Program-made: the position numbers and the translations under genes
Assembly: GCF_947490415.1 (NCBI RefSeq)
Contig: NZ_CANLGX010000003.1
Span: 391,821-455,820 of the forward strand
Origin: an uncultured Eudoraea sp.
GTDB lineage: Bacteria > Bacteroidota > Bacteroidia > Flavobacteriales > Flavobacteriaceae
Direction of reading: 5' to 3'
Length of the DNA: 64,000 bases
The notes under the pieces: generated by a model
What the model was told of the DNA's origin: nothing
Seen by the model: the letters and a program-made list of their open reading frames with translations, nothing else
Databases searched by the model: none
Shown: piece after piece, positions 19,283 through 26,926 of the stretch
Layout: every line of letters starts with the position of its first letter
Position numbering within the stretch: position 1 is the first letter of the stretch

Positions 19283-20952
19283 TTCTACTCTTTGCGTTTT
19301 TCTTATTCGCACAATGTACACCCCCGCCACCTATACCGACCGGTGTGGTAAGTAAAAATGCTATGGTAGTATCTGCACGTGAAGAGGCTTCAAAGGTCGG
19401 AACAGCCATACTTCAAAAAGGAGGAAATGCTTTTGATGCCATGGTTGGAACAGAACTTGCATTGGCGGTGGCTTATCCATTTGCCGGCAACCTTGGTGGT
19501 GGTGGATTTATGGTTTACCGCAAAAATGATGGCAATATAGGAGCCCTTGATTATCGTGAAAAGGCCCCATTAGCAGCCCATAAAGATATGTATCTGGATT
19601 CTTTAGGCAATGTTATTCCGGGAAAGAGTACCCTGGGAGCTAGTGCCGTTGGGGTGCCAGGAACTATAGCCGGAATATTTGAAGTTCATGATAAATTTGG
19701 TACGTTACCCATAAAAGAGATTATGGACCCGGTTATTAAACTGGTTGATCAAGGGGTTCAGGTAACTTCAAAGCAAGCCGACAGACTAGATAAATACTGG
19801 GATCAGATTAAAAGTGTAAATGGAGAAAGTACTTTGTTTTACAATAAGTGCGATGCCGGAGACACCCTAAGATATCCTGGCCTGGCAAGTACTTTAAGGA
19901 GAATAGCAATAAACGGAAGGGATGAATTCTACAAAGGCAAAACCGCCAAAATACTGGCAAAATTTATCCTGGAAAAAGGAGGTTATGTGACTGAAGAAGA
20001 TCTGGCGAGGTACGAAGCCAAATGGCGACAACCCGTAGTATTCAACTACAAGGACTTAAGGATAATTTCAATGAGCCCCCCTAGCAGTGGTGGGGTAACT
20101 ATAAATCAAATCTTTAAGATGATTGAATCTTATGACATTTCTGAATTTGGCCATAATTCTGCTAAATCTATTCAGTTGTTTACTGAGGCGGCAAGGCGGG
20201 CCTATGCCGACAGAAACTTCTTCCTTGGTGATCCGGATTTTGTAGTTATTCCGCTGGATGTTTTATTGAGCAAGAAGTATTTACAAGCCCGTATGGAGAA
20301 CTTTTCATTTGATTCGGCAACTCTTTCTAGTGAGGTACAGCATGGTAGAATAGAAATTATGGAAAGTAATGAGACTACGCATTATTCCATTGTTGACCAG
20401 ATGGGAAATGCTGTTTCAGTAACTACAACCTTAAACGGAGCGTATGGCTCCAAACTCTATAACGACGAATTAGGGTTCTTCCTGAATAATGAAATGGATG
20501 ATTTTAGCGCTAAACCAGGCGAGCCTAATATGTTTGGTCTTATAGGTGCTGAAGCCAATAGTATAGCAGCCGAGAAACGAATGCTAAGCTCAATGACCCC
20601 AACTATTGTTGAAAAAGACGGTAAGCTTTGGATGGTTGTCGGTTCTCCCGGGGGATCTACAATAATTACAGCCGTTGCACAGACCATTCTAAATACTTAT
20701 GAATTTAATTTGAGTATGCAGGAATCTGTAAACGCGCCTAGATTCCATCACCAGTGGCTACCGGATCATATCGTTTTTGAGACAGAAGGATTTTCAGATG
20801 CACTGAAAATTGAGTTAAAATCCAAAGGTTACCATATTAGTGAGAAACCTACACCTATCCTGGGTAAAGTGGATGCCATACTGGTTTTACCGGATGGCAG
20901 CCTTGAAGGAGGCGCAGATAAACGAGGAGATGATACCGCAGTAGGCTTTTAA
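19270..20952 (+). CDS. ggt: Gamma-glutamyltransferase (lipoprotein)
   Basis: 'GGGGFMV', the autoprocessing/catalytic 'ETTHYSIVD' and 'GSPGGSTII' are present, with lipobox 'LFAQC'. It overlaps the acpH end by 13 nt. Confidence 0.93.
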   Translation: MRILILLFAFFLFAQCTPPPPIPTGVVSKNAMVVSAREEASKVGTAILQKGGNAFDAMVGTELALAVAYPFAGNLGGGGFMVYRKNDGNIGALDYREKAPLAAHKDMYLDSLGNVIPGKSTLGASAVGVPGTIAGIFEVHDKFGTLPIKEIMDPVIKLVDQGVQVTSKQADRLDKYWDQIKSVNGESTLFYNKCDAGDTLRYPGLASTLRRIAINGRDEFYKGKTAKILAKFILEKGGYVTEEDLARYEAKWRQPVVFNYKDLRIISMSPPSSGGVTINQIFKMIESYDISEFGHNSAKSIQLFTEAARRAYADRNFFLGDPDFVVIPLDVLLSKKYLQARMENFSFDSATLSSEVQHGRIEIMESNETTHYSIVDQMGNAVSVTTTLNGAYGSKLYNDELGFFLNNEMDDFSAKPGEPNMFGLIGAEANSIAAEKRMLSSMTPTIVEKDGKLWMVVGSPGGSTIITAVAQTILNTYEFNLSMQESVNAPRFHHQWLPDHIVFETEGFSDALKIELKSKGYHISEKPTPILGKVDAILVLPDGSLEGGADKRGDDTAVGF

Positions 20953-21011
20953 ATCACAGAAGGCTTGGATTAACGATTCTTTCTTTAACTTTAAATTCGC
21001 CTTTTGAATAC

Positions 21012-21770
21012 CTATTGCTTCAGCTGATTTTTTAACTCTTCCATAGATTCCTGCAGCTGCCTTAACAAGCCTTTTTCTGTGGTAGCATCTACCCCAAAAG
21101 TTATTTTGCTGCTTACCTGCCAAAGTTCCTGTACTTGTTCCGATTCTATTTCATAAGGTGGATAGATTTCGTTAAGTGAAATCAAAAGCATTTTTGAATT
21201 CCCGGGTAATTTCTCAATCTTCTTAACGAGTAGTGCATCATGAAGCACCACTACATACATTTTATTACGATTTATATCATCCAGTCCCTCCACCGCCTTA
21301 GCCAATACCCATTCGCCGGGCTGCAGATTGGGCAACATACTATCACCCTCAACCTGGAAGCCCCTGTAGGTGGCATTTCTGAATTCGGGAAGTGGGAGAT
21401 CAAAGGCAGGTAGTTGTTTATACCAACTTGTATCCTGAATGTTTTGAGGATAGCCCGCGGCTGCTTTGGCATTTACCAAAACCATATTATCATTATCAGA
21501 AGAATCCACCGTTACAACTTTTGGGATAACACTGGTCCCGGAATAATTTAAATATTGATTGTTACTATCACCAAATAACCATAGTGGGTTCACATTAAAT
21601 TGTTTTAACAATTCAACGACCACCCTGCCAGAAAGTTTGGTGCGACCACGTTCTATATCGGCTGTAGTATTTGGAATTCCCAGCATCCCTGCAAATTCAG
21701 CCTGCGTATATCCCAAATCTCGTCTTATCTCAATAAATCTCTTTATGGTAAGTTCATTTTCCATAGTCAT
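21012..21770 (-). CDS. XRE-type HTH plus S24 (LexA/CI-like) self-cleaving transcriptional repressor
   Basis: The HTH is 'YTQAEFAGMLGIPNTTADIERG'. The likely cleavage site is 'KAAAGYP' (compare LexA 'VAAGEP'), with Ser 'VEGDSMLP' and Lys 'ALLVKKI'. Confidence 0.8.
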   Translation of the reverse strand: MTMENELTIKRFIEIRRDLGYTQAEFAGMLGIPNTTADIERGRTKLSGRVVVELLKQFNVNPLWLFGDSNNQYLNYSGTSVIPKVVTVDSSDNDNMVLVNAKAAAGYPQNIQDTSWYKQLPAFDLPLPEFRNATYRGFQVEGDSMLPNLQPGEWVLAKAVEGLDDINRNKMYVVVLHDALLVKKIEKLPGNSKMLLISLNEIYPPYEIESEQVQELWQVSSKITFGVDATTEKGLLRQLQESMEELKNQLKQ

Positions 21771-21901
21771 TTTTTTATTTTTTCTGTTCTACACCTATCC
21801 ATAAGTTTAAAACTGTTCTTACATCTTTTGCACCAGTTAATGCGACTTAGCCTTGTTTCATTTTGGAAAGTTACCCATTCAGGAGTCTCAAAGATACAAA
21901 A

Positions 21902-21977
21902 TTTGGAATATTTCCAAAATTATTTAGGAATATTTCCTAATTTAGGATATTTTCCATATTTTTGGAATATATACAAA
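21902..21977. promoter_or_regulatory. Array of four 17-bp operator-like sites, two of them palindromes with perfect arms, in the divergent intergenic region
   Basis: Site 1 is TTTGGAATATTTCCAAA (21902-21918) and site 2 is TTAGGAATATTTCCTAA (21924-21940). Site 3 is the degenerate TTAGGATATTTTCCATA (21942-21958) and site 4 is TTTGGAATATATACAAA (21961-21977). An extra half-site TTTGGAA lies at 21862-21868. Confidence 0.55.
21957..21964 (+). promoter_or_regulatory. -7 promoter box TATTTTTG overlapping operator-like sites 3 and 4
   Basis: TAnnTTTG match 26 nt upstream of the sORF ATG at 21990. Confidence 0.4.
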
Positions 21978-21989
21978 TGAGTTATAGTC

Positions 21990-22169
21990 ATGTTAGATGA
22001 AATTATTACTGCAAAACTTAGCCTATGGGCTCAACGAGGATTAGATGACGACTTTTATTCAAGCAGCATTAGAGAACTTAAAAAAAAGAGGAGGCTGTCA
22101 AAGATAAAACAGAAAGTCTCTAAAAATATCTCACAGAAATCAATTAGCAAACAATTAAGCCTATTCTAA
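21990..22169 (+). CDS. Hypothetical 59-aa basic protein (below the ORF-track cutoff)
   Basis: My hand translation is MLDEIITAKLSLWAQRGLDDDFYSSSIRELKKKRRLSKIKQKVSKNISQKSISKQLSLF. The stop TAA at 22167-22169 lies 5 nt before the next ATG. It sits just downstream of the operator array. Confidence 0.35.
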   Translation: MLDEIITAKLSLWAQRGLDDDFYSSSIRELKKKRRLSKIKQKVSKNISQKSISKQLSLF

Positions 22170-22174
22170 AAGTT

Positions 22175-22948
22175 ATGGAAAAAGAAAAAATATTGTTGTA
22201 TGATGGAAGTTTTAATGGGTTTTTAACTGCCATATTTACAGCATTTGAGCAAAAAATCAATGTTGTTGATATTAAAAGAAAAAATGACGTTCAAAAGGGC
22301 TTGTTTACTGAAACGCAAACTATTTTAACACAAGTGCATAAAGCTAAGCGGGTCTGGAATGGTATTAGCCAAAGAAGTAATAACGCCATGAAGAATATTT
22401 ATTTTGCTTTTTTAAGTGAAACTCCTGGTATTGAACAATTACTTTATTTATATATTCAAAAAATAATTGCTAAAGGGTCACCCAATCACATAGATTTAGC
22501 GGATGATATGGTTTTTAGGATAAATCATTTAGCAAATATGGTAAGTAAGAAAAAAAACCATATGGAGACATATATGAAATTCAATGTCTCCATAGATGGC
22601 GCTCACTTTATTATTGTGGAACCCGAGTTTGACATATTACCTCTTGTATCAAAACACTTTAGGTCTAATTTCAGTGACCGGCAATGGATTATTTACGACA
22701 TAAAGCGGAACTATGGCCTTTATTATAACTTTCATACAATTCAATTAATGACATTGGATTCAAAAGGCATAATATCGAATGTCAGACCTCTAAATAATCT
22801 TATTCAAACTAATGCAACAAGTGTTATTGAATCATGGAATACTTATTTTGCCAACAATTCTATTAAATCTTTAATCTCCAATAAATTACATACATATCAA
22901 TTGCCTAAACGCCAGAAGAAATATCAGGAAGATAAGGAAGCAGTATAG
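22175..22948 (+). CDS. TIGR03915-family putative DNA repair/modification protein (DUF4130)
   Basis: The N-terminus 'LLYDGSFNGFLTAIFTAFE' is characteristic of the family. Length is 257 aa. Confidence 0.75.
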   Translation: MEKEKILLYDGSFNGFLTAIFTAFEQKINVVDIKRKNDVQKGLFTETQTILTQVHKAKRVWNGISQRSNNAMKNIYFAFLSETPGIEQLLYLYIQKIIAKGSPNHIDLADDMVFRINHLANMVSKKKNHMETYMKFNVSIDGAHFIIVEPEFDILPLVSKHFRSNFSDRQWIIYDIKRNYGLYYNFHTIQLMTLDSKGIISNVRPLNNLIQTNATSVIESWNTYFANNSIKSLISNKLHTYQLPKRQKKYQEDKEAV

Positions 22949-23298
22949 TATCATAGTATTTGTTTTAACAGGAATTATGAAATAGGGACACATTGGAAAA
23001 CTTTTAAGTTTTTACCAGATTATTACTGGCCTTTCAGCTCACTACACTCCGTTTATGTGATCTTTAAGGCTTGATAACACAAAATTATAGAAATACAAAA
23101 TTTCAAATAAAAGTACTTATCTCATAACACATATGTCGGCTGATTTAACCCTTTTGCTTCTATCTGAAATTTATAGCAAATGTTATAGAAACTGTTATTT
23201 ATGAAACAAGTTAGAGGGAAGGCAATTTGCCATAGCTTATTTACAGGCCTTTAACAAAATCAAAATAAACCACGCTTCCTTTTTAGTCGTCAAAAACG

Positions 23299-23306
23299 TA
23301 CCTTTG
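23299..23306 (+). promoter_or_regulatory. -7 promoter box TACCTTTG upstream of uvrA
   Basis: This TAnnTTTG match ends 5 nt before the track start at 23312 and 17 nt before the ATG at 23324. A -7 box only 5 nt upstream of 23312 favours the 23324 start. Confidence 0.45.
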
Positions 23307-23311
23307 CAACT

Positions 23312-26185
23312 TTGTCTAATTCAATGATAAATTACGAGGAGAATATTGAAGTTAAGGGAGCCCGCGTTCATAATTTAAAAAATATTGATGTAACCATCCC
23401 AAGAGAAAAACTGGTAGTAATTACCGGGCTTTCAGGTAGTGGTAAATCTTCATTGGCTTTCGATACTATATACGCTGAAGGGCAACGTCGGTATATTGAG
23501 ACCTTTTCTTCTTATGCAAGACAGTTTTTGGGAGGTCTTGAACGTCCCGACGTAGATAAAATCGATGGTCTGTCACCAGTTATCGCGATAGAACAGAAGA
23601 CCACCTCCAAATCTCCGCGTTCTACGGTAGGAACAATAACTGAAGTTTACGATTTCCTTAGGTTATTGTTTGCCAGAGCCTCTGATGCCTACAGCTATAA
23701 TACAGGCGAAAAAATGGTAAGCTATAGTGATGAGAAAATTAAAGAGCTTATTAAAGAAAGTTATTTTGCAAAAAGGATAAACATCCTTGCCCCTGTAATT
23801 AAGTCCAGAAAAGGGCACTATCGCGAACTTTTTGAGCAAATTGGAAAGCAAGGCTTTGTAAAGGTAAGAGTAGATGGTGAAATTTTGGATATCACCAAAG
23901 GAATGAAGGTGGATAGATATAAAACCCATGATATTGAAATCGTCATAGACCGCCTAAAAATTGATGACAATGAAAATTTAAATAAAAGACTTTCCGAATC
24001 CATAAATACGGCCATGTATAGTGGTGATAATGTCTTAATGGTTCTTGAAGAAGGTGAAGCAGTCCCAAGATATTTCAGCAGGGACTTAATGTGTCCAAGT
24101 ACCGGTATTTCATATCCAACACCTGAACCCAATACATTTTCCTTTAACTCTCCTAAGGGAATGTGCAAAGATTGTAATGGTCTGGGGCATGTCTTCGAGG
24201 TAAACGAAAATAAAATTTTTCCGAATAAAAAATTATCAATTCAATCTGGTGGTATTGCACCCCTTGGTGAGTATAAAAGCTCATGGGCATTTAAGCAATT
24301 AGAAACTATAGCCAAACGATATGAATTTGAACTTACGGATGCCATATCAATAATTCCGGATGAAGCACTTAAAACTATTCTCTATGGAGGCGCTGAACAG
24401 TTTGAAGTTGATTCTAAAACCCTTGGTGTAAAAAGACTCTACCACATAGACTATGAGGGTATTGCAAATTTTATAAAAAACCAGTACCATCAGGCAGATT
24501 CTACATCAATTAAACGCTGGGCCAGAGATTTTATGGATAAAAGAATGTGCCCCAGTTGCAATGGTGCAAGGTTAAAAATAGAATCACTTTATTATAAAAT
24601 TGAAGATAGGAATATAGCAGAATTGTGTCAACTGGATATTTCTGATCTCGCCAGTTTTTTTGATCAACTTGATTCCAGACTAGAGGGAAATCAAAAAAAG
24701 ATTGCTGAAGAGATCATCAAAGAGATTAAATCGAGAATTAAGTTTTTATTAGATGTAGGCCTTGACTATTTATCGCTGAACCGCAGCTCAAAGTCACTCT
24801 CGGGAGGTGAAGCACAGCGGATAAGACTCGCAACACAAATAGGATCTCAGTTGGTAGGGGTTCTATATATATTGGATGAACCCAGTATTGGATTGCATCA
24901 GCGAGACAACAATCGGCTTATCAAATCATTGGAATCGCTCAGGGATATTGGAAATTCTGTAATTGTAGTGGAACACGACCGTGATATGATTGAGAATGCA
25001 GATCATGTAATTGATATAGGGCCACTGGCAGGAAAACACGGAGGCGAGATAATCTCACAAGGAACACCTGCTGAACTCATTGAACAACATACATTAACCG
25101 CTCAATATATAACAGGAGAAATGGAGATTCCTATTCCTGATACAAGGAGAAAGGGGAATGGAAAAAGTTTAAGTTTGATGGGCTGCACAGGCAATAATTT
25201 AAAGAATGTATCGGTTAAGTTTCCTTTGGGTAAAATGATCGCCGTAACGGGTGTATCTGGCAGTGGTAAATCAACATTAATTAATGAAACCCTTTACCCC
25301 ATAATGAATGCCCATTATTTTAATGGTGTTAAAAAGCCTATGCCCTACACTGATATTAAAGGTCTTGAAAACATCGATAAGGTAATAGATATCAACCAGT
25401 CTCCAATTGGAAGAACACCGAGATCCAATCCGGCTACTTACACCGGTGTTTTCGGAGAAATACGTTCCCTTTTTGCAAAAACACCTGAAGCGGCAATAAG
25501 GGGCTATAAACCGGGCCGATTTAGTTTTAATGTAAAAGGAGGCAGATGTGAAACTTGCCAGGGAGGTGGATTGAGGGTAATTGAAATGAACTTTCTTCCC
25601 GATGTATATGTTGAATGTGAAACCTGTAACGGCAAACGATTTAACAGGGAGACTCTGGAAATTAGATATAAAGGACAATCCATTGCGGATATTCTTGAGA
25701 TGACCATTGACGAAGCAGTAGCCTTTTTCGACCAAATACCAAAGATTTATAGGAAGCTGAAGACCATTCAAGATGTCGGGCTAGGTTATATCTCATTAGG
25801 ACAGCAATCAACTACTCTTTCAGGAGGAGAAGCGCAACGTGTAAAACTTGCCACCGAATTGTCTAAACGGGATACAGGAAACACTTTCTATATTTTGGAT
25901 GAACCCACAACCGGACTGCATTTTGAGGATATCAGGGTACTCATGGAAGTTTTAAACAAACTGGTGAACAAAGGAAATACCATTGTGATAATTGAACATA
26001 ACATGGATGTTATAAAAATGGCTGACCATATAATTGACATAGGTTATGAAGGAGGCCGGGGCGGCGGCATGATAGTTGCGGAAGGAACGCCGGAAGAAGT
26101 GGCTAAAGACGATAAAAGTTATACCGCATTTTACCTTAAAAAGGAATTTAGTCTAAAAAATTCGAAACTTGAAGTTCGCAGTTAA
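23312..26185 (+). CDS. uvrA: Excinuclease ABC subunit A
   Basis: Two ABC modules are present ('[23 protein letters not shown]', '[11 protein letters not shown]', and LSGGE twice). Zinc modules are 'CPSCNGARL' and 'CETCQGGG...CETCNGKR'. The start may instead be the ATG at 23324. Confidence 0.97.
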   Translation: MSNSMINYEENIEVKGARVHNLKNIDVTIPREKLVVITGLSGSGKSSLAFDTIYAEGQRRYIETFSSYARQFLGGLERPDVDKIDGLSPVIAIEQKTTSKSPRSTVGTITEVYDFLRLLFARASDAYSYNTGEKMVSYSDEKIKELIKESYFAKRINILAPVIKSRKGHYRELFEQIGKQGFVKVRVDGEILDITKGMKVDRYKTHDIEIVIDRLKIDDNENLNKRLSESINTAMYSGDNVLMVLEEGEAVPRYFSRDLMCPSTGISYPTPEPNTFSFNSPKGMCKDCNGLGHVFEVNENKIFPNKKLSIQSGGIAPLGEYKSSWAFKQLETIAKRYEFELTDAISIIPDEALKTILYGGAEQFEVDSKTLGVKRLYHIDYEGIANFIKNQYHQADSTSIKRWARDFMDKRMCPSCNGARLKIESLYYKIEDRNIAELCQLDISDLASFFDQLDSRLEGNQKKIAEEIIKEIKSRIKFLLDVGLDYLSLNRSSKSLSGGEAQRIRLATQIGSQLVGVLYILDEPSIGLHQRDNNRLIKSLESLRDIGNSVIVVEHDRDMIENADHVIDIGPLAGKHGGEIISQGTPAELIEQHTLTAQYITGEMEIPIPDTRRKGNGKSLSLMGCTGNNLKNVSVKFPLGKMIAVTGVSGSGKSTLINETLYPIMNAHYFNGVKKPMPYTDIKGLENIDKVIDINQSPIGRTPRSNPATYTGVFGEIRSLFAKTPEAAIRGYKPGRFSFNVKGGRCETCQGGGLRVIEMNFLPDVYVECETCNGKRFNRETLEIRYKGQSIADILEMTIDEAVAFFDQIPKIYRKLKTIQDVGLGYISLGQQSTTLSGGEAQRVKLATELSKRDTGNTFYILDEPTTGLHFEDIRVLMEVLNKLVNKGNTIVIIEHNMDVIKMADHIIDIGYEGGRGGGMIVAEGTPEEVAKDDKSYTAFYLKKEFSLKNSKLEVRS

Positions 26186-26232
26186 ATCTATCGTTATATT
26201 AGATCTATCTGTAAGTGATAAAAAATAAATTT

Positions 26233-26919
26233 ATGAGGAAAGAGAAGCATCATAAAGGATGGAATGAAATTAAAACCAATGATTCATGGGCCATTTTTAA
26301 AATAATGGGAGAATTTGTGAACGGTTTTGAAAAAATGAGTGCAATTGGCCCTTGTGTTACAATTTTTGGTTCTGCCAGAACCAAAGAGGATGCTAAATAT
26401 TACCAACTTACCGTCAATGTTGCCAAAAAAGTATCCGAAGCTGGTTATGGTATTATTACAGGTGGAGGTCCCGGTATTATGGAAGCCGGTAATAGAGGAG
26501 CACATTTAGCTGGAGGAACTTCAGTTGGATTGAATATAGATCTTCCTTTCGAACAACATGACAACCCTTACATTGATGATGACAAGAGCTTGGATTTTGA
26601 TTATTTCTTTGTGAGAAAGGTAATGTTTGTAAAATATTCCCAAGCATTTGTGGTTTTACCCGGAGGATTTGGTACGCTTGATGAGCTCTTCGAAGCCATT
26701 ACCCTAATTCAAACAAATAAAATTGGTAAATTTCCCATTATTCTGGTCGGCAGGTCATTTTGGAAAGGTTTAATGGACTGGATTCAGGACACCATGCTGA
26801 ATGCAGGAAATATTAGTAAGACAGATCTCGATTTAATACGTATAGTTGATACAGAGGAAGAGGTGGTAGAAATTATCGATGCTTTCTACAAAGGCCATAC
26901 CTTGAGTCCAAATTTTTAA
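26233..26919 (+). CDS. LOG-family (TIGR00730) nucleotide 5'-monophosphate nucleosidase
   Basis: 'GGGPGIMEA' and 'PGGFGTLDELFE' are present. I prefer the ATG at 26233 to the GTG at 26215. Confidence 0.9.
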   Translation: MRKEKHHKGWNEIKTNDSWAIFKIMGEFVNGFEKMSAIGPCVTIFGSARTKEDAKYYQLTVNVAKKVSEAGYGIITGGGPGIMEAGNRGAHLAGGTSVGLNIDLPFEQHDNPYIDDDKSLDFDYFFVRKVMFVKYSQAFVVLPGGFGTLDELFEAITLIQTNKIGKFPIILVGRSFWKGLMDWIQDTMLNAGNISKTDLDLIRIVDTEEEVVEIIDAFYKGHTLSPNF

Positions 26920-26926
26920 ATCATAT

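Noticed and set aside
20887-21123. A 78-aa minus-strand ORF bridges the ggt 3' end and the XRE-S24 gene 3' end.
   Set aside because: It overlaps two well-supported genes and has no recognisable motif. It is likely spurious.
22993-23007. TTGGAAAACTTTTAA in the uvrA upstream region resembles a half-site of the 21902-21977 operator motif.
   Set aside because: Only the left arm (TTGGAA) matches and the right arm is not complementary. It is easily explained by chance in AT-rich DNA, so I do not claim uvrA is under the same operator.
22949-23311. The 363-bp region between DUF4130 and uvrA has no ORF and could hold an ncRNA or riboswitch.
   Set aside because: I found no extended stem-loops, conserved riboswitch cores or repeats by eye. 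The only element is a near-palindrome, GGCAATTTGCC, plus the uvrA -7 box.
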